From Bacillota bacterium (lineage in GTDB: Bacteria > Bacillota > DTU025), in the NCBI GenBank assembly GCA_050951805.1, contig JBMNJT010000002.1, positions 768,001 through 832,000 of the forward strand: a stretch of DNA of 64,000 nt, given 5' to 3'. Position 1 is the first letter of the stretch. Every line of letters starts with the position of its first letter. A program made the translations under genes and the position numbers. The notes below the pieces were generated by a model. That model had not been told where the DNA came from. It did not search any database and saw only the letters and a program-made list of their open reading frames with translations. Below, piece by piece: positions 49,972 through 59,661 of this stretch.

Positions 49972-51795
49972 ATGTCTGTTTCTATGCCGGATGGTTCAAT
50001 GGAGATTCCGGAACGAAAGGATGTTCCTGCTGAACTCAAGTGGAAATTGGAGGACATCTATGCATCAGATGAGTTGTGGGAGGCGGATGTAGCTAGTCTC
50101 CTGGGGAGACTGCCGGAGCTAGCCTCCTTGCAAGGCAGGATCGGACAAAGCGCTGAAGATCTTCTGAAGGGCCTTGATTTGCTCAATGAGATCAATATGA
50201 TCGCGGCGAAGATCTATGTATATGCCCGCATGCGGAAAGACGAGGATAACGCGAATTCCAAGCATCAGGCTATGTACGAACGGGCAGCAAGCCTTGTGGT
50301 GCAGGTCAGTTCCACTGCATCCTTCATCAGGCCTGAGTTGCTTGAGGTTGACGAAGACACGTTGGAAGAGTATATGGCGGAGAACGCAGAGCTCGAGCTA
50401 TACCGGCATTTCTTGCATGACATATCACGCATGAGAGCACATACGCTTTCTGCTCCGGAGGAACGTCTGATCGCCATGGCTGGGGAGGTTGGCGAGGCTG
50501 TTTCCTCCATATTCACCATGCTCAACGACGCCGATATCAAGTTTGGATCGATTGTGGATGAAGAGGGCAATACCGTAGAGCTGACCAAGGGAAGATATAC
50601 AAGGTTTATGGAAAGCCCGGACAGACGTGTGCGCAAGGAAACGTATGACGCATTGTACTCGTCGTACGGGTCTTTGATAAACACAATAGGATCCACTTAC
50701 TCTGCGTCTGTAAAGAGCGACGCGTTCAACGCGAGGGCGCGCCGGTACGATACCTGCCTCGAGGCTGCGCTCGACAAAAACAACATACCTGTCAATGTCT
50801 ACAGCAACCTGTTGGAAGCGGTCAGGGACAGGCTCGGATTGATGCATAGGTACGTCGCCCTGCGAAAGAAGGCTCTGAAGCTCGACGATGTGCACATGTA
50901 TGATATATATGCACCTATAGTTCCGGATATCGAATGGACGGTCACATACGAGGAAGCAAAGAAGACTGTCTGTGAAGGCCTTGCGCCGCTGGGCGATGAA
51001 TACGTGAGCATCCTTGGGGCAGGTCTCGAGTCGGGGTGGGTGGATGTCGTCGAAAGCAGGGGGAAGACATCTGGGGCTTATTCCTGGGGCGAGTATGGAA
51101 CCCATCCATATGTCCTCTTGAACTGGCAAGACAACTTGGACAACATGTTTACTTTAGCCCATGAGATGGGCCATGCCATGCATTCACATTATTCCTGGAC
51201 AACACAGCCCTACGTATACTCTGATTACTCCATATTCCTGGCCGAAATCGCCTCTACAGCTAATGAGGTGTTGCTTATGGAACATCTGCTCGGCCTGACG
51301 GAGGATCAAGTGCGCAGAATGTACTTGCTCAATCACCTCCTTGAGCAGTTTAGGGGCACACTTTACAGGCAGACGATGTTTGCTGAGTTCGAGAAGATAG
51401 CCCATGAGAGGTATGAGGCAGGCCAAGCCCTGACCCCGGATGCGCTCAACGACATCTATCTGCAGCTCAACAGGGATTACTATGGAGACGAGATAGTGCT
51501 CGATGACAGGATCGCCCTCGAGTGGGCGCGAATCCCGCATTTTTACAGTGCTTTCTATGTATACCAGTATGCTACAGGGTTTTCGGCAGCGGTTGCATTG
51601 GCCGAAAGTATACTGGAGCATGGAGACCCGGCGAGGGATCGATACATCGAGTTTTTGAGAGGTGGAAGGTCGAAGTATCCCTTGGACCTTCTGCGTGACG
51701 CTGGAGTGGACATGACATCGCCGGATCCTATTCACCGAGCGCTGGACGTGTTCGAGAAATCTCTGGAAGAGATGGAAACGTATTTTAGAGGATAG
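49972..51795 (+). CDS. pepF: Oligoendopeptidase F (M3B)
   Basis: WKLEDIY, GKTSGAYS, TLAHEMGHAMHS, AEIAST, WARIPHFY. Confidence 0.95.
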   Translation: MSVSMPDGSMEIPERKDVPAELKWKLEDIYASDELWEADVASLLGRLPELASLQGRIGQSAEDLLKGLDLLNEINMIAAKIYVYARMRKDEDNANSKHQAMYERAASLVVQVSSTASFIRPELLEVDEDTLEEYMAENAELELYRHFLHDISRMRAHTLSAPEERLIAMAGEVGEAVSSIFTMLNDADIKFGSIVDEEGNTVELTKGRYTRFMESPDRRVRKETYDALYSSYGSLINTIGSTYSASVKSDAFNARARRYDTCLEAALDKNNIPVNVYSNLLEAVRDRLGLMHRYVALRKKALKLDDVHMYDIYAPIVPDIEWTVTYEEAKKTVCEGLAPLGDEYVSILGAGLESGWVDVVESRGKTSGAYSWGEYGTHPYVLLNWQDNLDNMFTLAHEMGHAMHSHYSWTTQPYVYSDYSIFLAEIASTANEVLLMEHLLGLTEDQVRRMYLLNHLLEQFRGTLYRQTMFAEFEKIAHERYEAGQALTPDALNDIYLQLNRDYYGDEIVLDDRIALEWARIPHFYSAFYVYQYATGFSAAVALAESILEHGDPARDRYIEFLRGGRSKYPLDLLRDAGVDMTSPDPIHRALDVFEKSLEEMETYFRG

Positions 51796-51878
51796 CAACG
51801 AAATATGCCATGCCTGGGTGGACACTGAAGAACGAGATACTGTATTATATAAGCAGCAGCTAGAATGCAGTTTCGTGG

Positions 51879-53831
51879 ATGGTGAAATGTATGGGAAGGG
51901 AGACATCTTCCGTCGTCGCCGTAGGCGGCCAGGAAGTGTTCGAGCTATATTACCCAGGCGACGATCTCGGGGCTGTTTATTCCAAAGAATCAACGACGTT
52001 CCGCGTGTTTGCCCCTACAGCTCTCGGCGTGTCGGTGGCTCTTTACTCGTCGACCGCGGCGACTGTCGCTGATGCGATCGAGATGGCGCCGGACTGTGAC
52101 GGGACTTGGCGGGCCACTGTCCCCGGCGACCTTGAGGGAGTTTGCTATACGTACCGCGTCGACCTAGGGGGAGTGGTCAACGAGGCCGTCGATCCATATG
52201 CTCGTGCGTTGACTGCAAACGGGGTTCACGGCGTTGTTGTGGATCTGGATATGACTGACCCAGAAGGCTGGGAGAATGATGTACGGCCGCCCTTTGGTGC
52301 AGCGACAGACGCGATCATATACGAAGTGCACGTACGGGATTTCACGAGTTCTCCTCATTCGGGGGTGCGTTATCCCGGAAAATACTTGGGCATGGCTGAT
52401 AGGGGTTCTAGAGGTCCTGCCGGAGTTTGCACCGGCCTCGATCACCTGGCGGAGCTGGGAGTCACCCATGTCCAGCTGATGCCCATACAGGATTTTGCTT
52501 CCGTGGACGAGCTGGACAAGGATGGCTATAATTGGGGCTATGATCCGTACCATTTCTTTGTTCCCGAGGGGTCGTACTCTATTGCGCCCGAGTGCGGAAT
52601 TGCCAGAATCATAGAAGTCAAGAAGATGATTCAAGCTATGCACTCGGCGGGCCTACGTGTGATCATGGATGTCGTGTACAATCACACGTGGTCTGTGGAA
52701 GACTCGCCGCTCCATATGATTGTGCCGTCTTATTATCACCGCGCTGACTGCGCGGGCAGGTACACAAATGGATCAGGATGCGGGAACGAGTTGGCAACGG
52801 AGAGGCCGATGGTTCGAAAGTTGATTCTCGATTCTTTACGATACTGGGTCGAAGAGTACCATGTAGACGGCTTCAGGTTCGATCTCATGGCGCTGATGGA
52901 TTACGAGACAGCGAGGGAGATTGAGTTGAGGTTGCATGCAATCGAGCCGTCGCTGTTGCTTTACGGGGAACCCTGGGCCGGTGGGCTTTCCGGGCTGTCA
53001 TCTCACAGAATGTTCACAAAAGGCAGACAACGTGGATTGAAGATAGGTTTTTTCAACGATGGATTCAGAAATGCCATAAAAGGCGATAATGACGGAGTCA
53101 GGCGTGGGTTTGCAACTGGCGCTGGTGGATGTGGACGTGCAATTGAGAGGGGCGTAGTTGGGGGAATACCTTACTCGGCCGACATAGCTGATTTTGCGAC
53201 AGAGCCGGGTGAGTGCATAAACTACGTATCGTGCCATGACAACCTCACATTGTGGGACAAGATTGCCCGGTCGGTGCCGTTAGATTCCGAAGAGGACAGA
53301 ATCAAGATGGACTTGTTGGCGCAGGCGATTGTAATGACGTCTCAGGGCATTCCATTTATTGAGGGAGGCGCTGAGATGCTCAGGACAAAAGGCGGACACT
53401 GCAATAGCTACCGTGCGGGCGATGCGATTAACCGCTTCGATTGGGTGCGGAAGTTGGATTATGCGGAGGTTTTCGACTACTACAGAGGGCTGATACAGCT
53501 TCGTCGGGCACACCGCGCATTCCGAATGTGCTCTGCAGAGGCAATCAGGCGTTCACTCAGATTCCTGCCGGCTCCTGCAGATAACGTTGTGGCGTTCATG
53601 TTGGATGGGGCTTCGTGCGGAGACGAGTGGGATAAGATTGTCGTCGTTTACAACCCCAACAGGCAAGATGTTAGGATAGATCTGCCGATCGAGGGCGAGT
53701 GGAAGGTTGTTGTCGGGGGAGCTTCGGCCGGAGTGGAGCCGCTCGACCCTGATCTGTTCGGACTGCGAACCTATGAAGGAGGGGCTGCTGTGGTGGCGAA
53801 AGCCATATCAACAACGGTCCTACATACGTAG
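51879..53831 (+). CDS. pulA: Type I pullulanase (GH13), no signal peptide
   Basis: IYEVHVRDF, YNWGYDP, MDVVYNH, DGFRFDLM, YGEPW, YVSCHDN. Confidence 0.93.
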   Translation: MVKCMGRETSSVVAVGGQEVFELYYPGDDLGAVYSKESTTFRVFAPTALGVSVALYSSTAATVADAIEMAPDCDGTWRATVPGDLEGVCYTYRVDLGGVVNEAVDPYARALTANGVHGVVVDLDMTDPEGWENDVRPPFGAATDAIIYEVHVRDFTSSPHSGVRYPGKYLGMADRGSRGPAGVCTGLDHLAELGVTHVQLMPIQDFASVDELDKDGYNWGYDPYHFFVPEGSYSIAPECGIARIIEVKKMIQAMHSAGLRVIMDVVYNHTWSVEDSPLHMIVPSYYHRADCAGRYTNGSGCGNELATERPMVRKLILDSLRYWVEEYHVDGFRFDLMALMDYETAREIELRLHAIEPSLLLYGEPWAGGLSGLSSHRMFTKGRQRGLKIGFFNDGFRNAIKGDNDGVRRGFATGAGGCGRAIERGVVGGIPYSADIADFATEPGECINYVSCHDNLTLWDKIARSVPLDSEEDRIKMDLLAQAIVMTSQGIPFIEGGAEMLRTKGGHCNSYRAGDAINRFDWVRKLDYAEVFDYYRGLIQLRRAHRAFRMCSAEAIRRSLRFLPAPADNVVAFMLDGASCGDEWDKIVVVYNPNRQDVRIDLPIEGEWKVVVGGASAGVEPLDPDLFGLRTYEGGAAVVAKAISTTVLHT

Positions 53832-53864
53832 TGCAGCCGGGCCCCTGGAAAAGGAGGAGCACGC

Positions 53865-54812
53865 ATGCCCGCCAACCTCACCCCGCAGTACATGGAGGCG
53901 GAGGAGGCGTACAAGCGCGCAACCACCGCAGATGAAAAGATAGCCGCTGTCGAAGAGATGCTTAGGACGATTCCAAAGCACAAAGGCACTGAGAAGTTGC
54001 AAGCTGATCTCAGGAAACGTCTTGCTAGGCTTCGGGCGGAAGGCCGGGAATTGCGAAAAAAAGGCAAGGCCGATCCCTACTGTGTGCAAAGAGAAGGGGC
54101 GGGTCAAGTATTCGTTGTTGGCCCGCCTAATTCCGGCAAGTCGGCGCTGGTTGGGGCACTTACCAATGCTAAAGTAGTGGTGGCGCCCTATCCTTATGCC
54201 ACACCTCTGCCTGTCCCGGGAATGATGAAATTCGAGAACATACAGATCCAGTTGGTGGATTGCCCGCCTATCTCTGCTTCAAATTGTCCCCCTGCATTGA
54301 CTGCCTCTATGCGGACGGGTGACGGGGTTATGATCGTTTTGGATGCCAGTTCTGATTCATGCCTCGATGATCTCGACGAGCAGCTTGCGTTGTTACGGGA
54401 ACGAAAAGTGATTGAAGATGCGAAACGCTTCCTAATAGTTGCATCCAAGATTGACCTGCCCGACGCTGCCATCAATGCAGATATCTTGGCTGAGGCTTGT
54501 GGAGAAGCACAGCTTGTTCGCGTCTCGACCACTTCGGGGCATGGCATTTGCGAGTTGCCAGAGATCATATTTGCCATGCTCGGGATTATCAGGCTCTATC
54601 CCAAGCCGCCCGGCAAGGAGGAGCCCGACCAGAATTCGCCGGTAACGCTGCCGGCCGGGAGCACAGTGGCTGATTTGGCCGAAGCCATCCATCGCGATTT
54701 GCCGCAAACCATGAAGGGTGCCAAAGTATGGGGTTCTACGCGGTTTGGCGGCCAGCTTGCTCCGCGCGAATGGGTGCTTGAAGACGGCGATATCGTCGAG
54801 TTTCGAACCTGA
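53865..54812 (+). CDS. DRG-like OBG-family GTPase with TGS domain
   Basis: MPANLTPQY, PKHKGTEKL.ADL, GPPNSGKS, YPYAT, DCPP, SKID, LEDGDIVE. Confidence 0.85.
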   Translation: MPANLTPQYMEAEEAYKRATTADEKIAAVEEMLRTIPKHKGTEKLQADLRKRLARLRAEGRELRKKGKADPYCVQREGAGQVFVVGPPNSGKSALVGALTNAKVVVAPYPYATPLPVPGMMKFENIQIQLVDCPPISASNCPPALTASMRTGDGVMIVLDASSDSCLDDLDEQLALLRERKVIEDAKRFLIVASKIDLPDAAINADILAEACGEAQLVRVSTTSGHGICELPEIIFAMLGIIRLYPKPPGKEEPDQNSPVTLPAGSTVADLAEAIHRDLPQTMKGAKVWGSTRFGGQLAPREWVLEDGDIVEFRT

Positions 54813-54931
54813 TGCTGATGCTTTGCCGCAAAGAAGGGGAAAGGCATTCCTGAAGCGAATATTAAAAGGTTAAAGTTGGCTATATGGAGTGTTTGCGGAC
54901 AGAGCCATGCTGCGAGAAGGAGGATCTGCCG

Positions 54932-55435
54932 GTGAGAGCTTTGCTTGTATATCATTCACGAACAGGTGCAACTGAGAGATTGATTAAGTCTATAGGACGG
55001 GCATTGGAAGGGCGTGGCCACCGCGTGGAATATCACAAACTCGAGGCCAAGCGTCCGATGGGGTGGTTTGCTTCAAGTTGGGCTGCGTTCCGAAAGAGGG
55101 AAACCGACTTAGCCGAGGATATGCCGAAAAGCTTGCGCATGTATGAGTTGGTTTTGATTGCGGGCCCCGTAATCGCGGGCAAGACGTCTGCGGAGCTGAA
55201 CGCTTTTCTCAACAACATGCCTGACGGCATCGGCCGCCGGTTTGGAGTTTTTGCGACATCAGGCAGTGGGGCTGCTGAAGGACCGCTTCGCTCCATCAAG
55301 TCCAGGGTTGAACATGTGGGTGGTTTCATAATCTACGAGGATGTTGTGAAAAGGCAGATAGCGATGGATCCCGAGGCATGCACCAGACGCGCGGAGGAGA
55401 TTGCCGAGCAGCTGGTTAGGCCGTGGGTCTGGTGA
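54932..55435 (+). CDS. Flavodoxin-like protein
   Basis: LLVYHSRTGAT, GPVIAG, FATSGS; GTG after AAGGAGG. Confidence 0.7.
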   Translation: MRALLVYHSRTGATERLIKSIGRALEGRGHRVEYHKLEAKRPMGWFASSWAAFRKRETDLAEDMPKSLRMYELVLIAGPVIAGKTSAELNAFLNNMPDGIGRRFGVFATSGSGAAEGPLRSIKSRVEHVGGFIIYEDVVKRQIAMDPEACTRRAEEIAEQLVRPWVW

Positions 55436-55449
55436 GGGGGCGGCGATGA

Positions 55450-56694
55450 ATGAATAAAGACGCACTGATGCAAGAAGGCGTCGCGGAGAAGTTCATGAGA
55501 TATGTCAGGGTCAACACCGAGAGTTCGGATGAGACCGATACGACTCCTAGCACGGAAGGACAATGGGATCTCGCCCGCATGCTGGCGGAAGAACTTCGTG
55601 CACTTGGGCTTGAAGATGTTGCCGTGGACGAACACTGTTTTGTTATAGGCAGATTGCCGTCAAATCTGGACAAGCCTGCGCCGGCAGTCGGTTTCATGGC
55701 TCATCTCGACACTGTTCCGGGAATTCCGGGAGAAGGGGTAAAACCCGTAATGCATAGAGGATATGCGGGCGGAGAGATTGAGATCGGTCATGGCGTCATT
55801 TTGAGCCCAGAGGATTCGCCAGCACTTGCTGCTGCAATAGGCTGTGACATAATCACCTCAGACGGATCTACCTTGCTAGGCACGGATGACAAGGCCGGCA
55901 TCGCCGGTATAATGCAGGCCTTGGTTGAGCTCATCCGAGACCCTGATATCCCTCGACCCGATGTATGGATAGCCTTTACGCCTGATGAAGAGATAGGGAA
56001 GGGGGTAGCCAGATTTCCCTATGATAAGTGGGGCGCGAAATACGCTTACACACTAGACGGGGGATATCTCGGGGAGCTTTCGGAGGAGACCTTCAACGCA
56101 ATAAATGGTGTTGTAACTATAGAGGGAGTGTCGAGCCATACCGGAACTGCTAGGGGAAAGATGGTGAATGCAGTCCACATTGCGGCCGAACTGATTTCTG
56201 CAATCCCCGCCGACTGGCGGCCTGAAACCACGTCAGGCAGGGAAGGCTTTACGCATCCCAACGAAATCGAAGGCAATGTGGAGAAGGTATCGATAAAAGT
56301 CATCATCCGCGATTTCGATGCCAAGCTTCTGGAAAAGAGGGAGAGCGCTTTCATCAAGACATTAGAGGCGCTGGAGGCGAACTACCCTGGATGCAGCATC
56401 AAGTGGGCTCATACCGGGGGCTATCGCAATATGAAGGAAAAACTGGATGAAGATCCCCGAGTCGTGAGGCTGGCGTTGGAAGCTATGGAGATGGCCAATG
56501 TTGATCCTGTAGTTGCGCCTATAAGAGGGGGCACTGATGGCTCGAGGCTGACTTGCGAAGGCGTCCTCACGCCTAACCTTTTCGCAGGCGGCGGCGACAT
56601 GCACAGCAGGCGCGAGTGGGCGTGCGTACAGTGGATGGAGAAGGCTGCTGAAGTAGTAGTCAACCTGTGCAGGTTGTGGGCAGAGGAGGAATAG
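55450..56694 (+). CDS. pepT: Peptidase T (M20B tripeptidase)
   Basis: AHLDT, LGTDDKAG, FTPDEEIG, ETFNA, IRGGTDG, HSRREW. Confidence 0.95.
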   Translation: MNKDALMQEGVAEKFMRYVRVNTESSDETDTTPSTEGQWDLARMLAEELRALGLEDVAVDEHCFVIGRLPSNLDKPAPAVGFMAHLDTVPGIPGEGVKPVMHRGYAGGEIEIGHGVILSPEDSPALAAAIGCDIITSDGSTLLGTDDKAGIAGIMQALVELIRDPDIPRPDVWIAFTPDEEIGKGVARFPYDKWGAKYAYTLDGGYLGELSEETFNAINGVVTIEGVSSHTGTARGKMVNAVHIAAELISAIPADWRPETTSGREGFTHPNEIEGNVEKVSIKVIIRDFDAKLLEKRESAFIKTLEALEANYPGCSIKWAHTGGYRNMKEKLDEDPRVVRLALEAMEMANVDPVVAPIRGGTDGSRLTCEGVLTPNLFAGGGDMHSRREWACVQWMEKAAEVVVNLCRLWAEEE

Positions 56695-56802
56695 CTGACT
56701 GCAAGTTCCCTCCAATGTACCTTGTGGGTTGAGGCATGCTTGCCTGGGGCAAGTTGCGTAATCCTGACTCCCCATATTGATTCCAATCGTGTCGTTCTGG
56801 TT

Positions 56803-56829
56803 ACCCGTGTGGAAGCGCACGGGTTTTTT
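56803..56829 (+). terminator. Intrinsic terminator after pepT
   Basis: ACCCGTG-TGGAAGCG-CACGGGT followed by a T run. Confidence 0.7.
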
Positions 56830-57019
56830 CATGCCTGTTAGGGTCCTTTTGCTACGATGCCGTTTTTTCGGATCCGGACCGCTGCTCGGGTAAAGCGGAT
56901 CAACCCCGAAACTGCTTCTTCTCTAGCCCTTGCCACTTTCAGCCGATATCAGCGCTTCGCCTGACTTTATGGCAATGCTAGTCGAGTGGGACTAGCCAGA
57001 TGGTTAATCCATTAAATGG

Positions 57020-57048
57020 TTGACTATCCTGATTTATGATATTACAAT
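57020..57048 (+). promoter_or_regulatory. Sigma-A promoter for the ABC ATPase
   Basis: TTGACT-N17-TACAAT; palindrome CCATT-A-AATGG abuts the -35. Confidence 0.6.
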
Positions 57049-57082
57049 TACAGGTAGTGATGGCCGCAGGGAGGTGGTATTC

Positions 57083-58099
57083 TTGTCCGATTTGGTCGTT
57101 GACATGAAATCAGCTCGCAAGGTATTCAGGCGTCGGCGATGCGATAAGCCCGTTGTTGCCCTCTGCGATCTTTCATTGGCAATTCCTAAGGGAGAGGTTT
57201 TGGGCCTGCTTGGTCCCAATGGAGCGGGGAAGAGCACCGCTATCCGGATGATGTCGGGGCTTGTTACTCCCACATCCGGCACGATACTTATTGGAGGGTA
57301 TGATGTGGTGGAGCAAAGGCCCGAGGCTTTGAGCTGTGTGGGTGTGGTATTGGATCGCGCACGCACCCTTTACCCTCGGATGACGCCATGGGAGAACATA
57401 CAATACTTTGGCATCATGAAAGGTCTGCGGGATACTGAGAGGCTTCGAATTCGCGCCGGCGAATGGCTGGACTTTTTCAACATTGCAGAAGTGGCCGATA
57501 GGCCTGTGAATGACCTATCCATGGGCACAAAGCAAAAGGTTTCCCTGGCGGTTGCCCTTGCGGCAGAGCCTCGGGTTGTTCTTCTCGATGAGCCCACTGT
57601 GGGCCTTGATGTCATGTCCTCTCTGGAACTGCGCAAGGCGATCAAGCGCATGGCCCATGAAGAAGGGTGTACTGTGATCATGACTACTCATCAGATGGAT
57701 GTGGCAGAGGATGTATGTGATAGAGTATGTATCTTAAATGAAGGCAGGGTGTTGGCGCTCGATACAGTCAGGCGCCTTCTGGACGTCTTCGCTTTCAGAG
57801 CTTATACCTTGACCCTAGCAGGGTCATTGACCGAAGAGGTTCGAACCGCTTTGAGCGGTTTGGGGCAGGTACAGGTGAGGGAAGAATGGCTGGATGGCTT
57901 CGGTGTCAGCCATTCCGGATACACGGTGATCGATATCGATGTTCCTGACGAGCGTGGATTCTTCGATGTTATGGGGGTGTTGGAGTTGGCAGCAGTGGGG
58001 GTCGAGTCTGTAACCAGGCGAGAACCTTGTCTGGAGTCTGTGTTTCTGAAACTTGCCGGAAAAGAAGATGTCTCTTTTCGCCAACCTTCCTACGCCTGA
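57083..58099 (+). CDS. ABC-2 type exporter ATP-binding protein
   Basis: GPNGAGKST, LSMGTKQK, LLDEPTVGLD, TTHQM, LESVFLKL; TTG after GGGAGGTG. Confidence 0.9.
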   Translation: MSDLVVDMKSARKVFRRRRCDKPVVALCDLSLAIPKGEVLGLLGPNGAGKSTAIRMMSGLVTPTSGTILIGGYDVVEQRPEALSCVGVVLDRARTLYPRMTPWENIQYFGIMKGLRDTERLRIRAGEWLDFFNIAEVADRPVNDLSMGTKQKVSLAVALAAEPRVVLLDEPTVGLDVMSSLELRKAIKRMAHEEGCTVIMTTHQMDVAEDVCDRVCILNEGRVLALDTVRRLLDVFAFRAYTLTLAGSLTEEVRTALSGLGQVQVREEWLDGFGVSHSGYTVIDIDVPDERGFFDVMGVLELAAVGVESVTRREPCLESVFLKLAGKEDVSFRQPSYA

Positions 58100-58807
58100 A
58101 GCCGGGGCATATGCGCCTTAGACACTGCGGGTGATGGCCAAAGAGTTCGATGGGCAACTTGCTGCGAGAGGACGAAGCATGCGGATACTCGTCAAAATCA
58201 TGGAGCCCTTAATGATTCAGCCCAAGAAAGGCAAGGGTTCTGTTGGCTCAGGGGAAGTGGTGAAGCAAGACAGTTTATGCTCTTCAGGGTGGATGCAGGG
58301 CCACAAACGACTGGCATCTCTGGTGCAACCTATGGCTAGATCCTATTTGAAGCAGAGGTCGTAGATACCGAAAGAACTGAAACCTGATGGATGGCTTGCT
58401 CCGTCGGTACAGAGCAAGTTAGGCACTCGCCTCAAGGTAGTTGCGGCCCGCTTCTGATAACCAGCATTACCACGGATGGCGCAGAAAGGGTCTGCCACGA
58501 TGTGGCGTGCATGGGAACAATGCTGCAGGAGTTATATCCAAGTGTTTACGGAGGCCTATGGGTACATCACCAAGCAGCGAGCGCAGGAGAGCTGGGTATA
58601 TTCACGGGTTTGGCCTGTTTTGCAAGGTTGGGTATAAAGGCTAGGAGTGCTTTATCTTTGGAAATACATGTTACAGGCTGTTTTAACCTGTGCAACTTGG
58701 ATGGCAAAAGGATCTCGGCATCGGCCAATGCTGTGCGAGAGGAGGGAAAACGCTACTTTCCCCTGTAATTGAAGGAGAAGGAGGGGGTTTACGTAGCGTG
58801 ATATCTG

Positions 58808-59590
58808 ATGAATGTGCAAGCGGTATGGGTTGAGATCAAGAAGGGACTGATCCGAAAGATCAGAAGTCCTGTGGAACTGATTACTGAGACACTGGCAGCA
58901 TATGTCTTTCTGACTGTGGCGATTATGGCTGCCTCGGGACGGGCTGTTACCTCCGGGGACGCTGCCGATGAGCTCCTGTTTTCCCTTGCATGCGTCTTTT
59001 TTTGTATGGGGGCCTTGCAGGGAGTGGTGCGAATTGTCACGGAGGAGCCGGGGTCAGGCGTGGTTGAGCAGCTCAGTTCCTCTAGTATTCCACTTTGGCG
59101 TATTGCCCTTATACGGGATATCGCGTCGCTTGCGAATTTCCTGCCCAATATCGCCGTCATAATACTGGCGGTGTCTCTTACAACAGGCGCCCGCATGCCT
59201 CCTCCGAAACTGTCTGCGCTCGTGCCGCTGATCTTGATGCGCTTAGGAATGCTGGGAATAGGCTATGTTCTGGGCGGGATCGCCCTCCTAGCAAAAAGAA
59301 TAGGGGGACTTGTCAACTTGATCTCTATGGGTCTGTTCGCTGTGGCATTTGTCCCGGTGGATGCGAAGAAGGGTTTAGTAGCTGCGGTCAGCAGATTCCT
59401 GCCATACGGGGGATGCTACTACATGGCTCGCGAAATAACCTTCGGCGGAGTCGGCCTTGGAGAATTCGTGGCTGGAGGGGATTTGGCGTCCGCGGCAATT
59501 CTTGCGGGAGTATACTTCGTGATAGGCGTTTTCGCTTTCAACAAGGCTTTTGAGGCGGCGCTAGATGGCGGGTTCCTCGGCAAGTCGTAG
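58808..59590 (+). CDS. ABC-2 type exporter permease
   Basis: About 6 TM helices; EE..SG.VEQL.SS.IP loop; C-terminal GFLG. Confidence 0.75.
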   Translation: MNVQAVWVEIKKGLIRKIRSPVELITETLAAYVFLTVAIMAASGRAVTSGDAADELLFSLACVFFCMGALQGVVRIVTEEPGSGVVEQLSSSSIPLWRIALIRDIASLANFLPNIAVIILAVSLTTGARMPPPKLSALVPLILMRLGMLGIGYVLGGIALLAKRIGGLVNLISMGLFAVAFVPVDAKKGLVAAVSRFLPYGGCYYMAREITFGGVGLGEFVAGGDLASAAILAGVYFVIGVFAFNKAFEAALDGGFLGKS

Positions 59591-59661
59591 TTATGGAGGG
59601 AACTACGCTGCGTTGTCGAAAGATATTAGGTACGTCTGCCCGCAACAAGGGGAGGATAACC

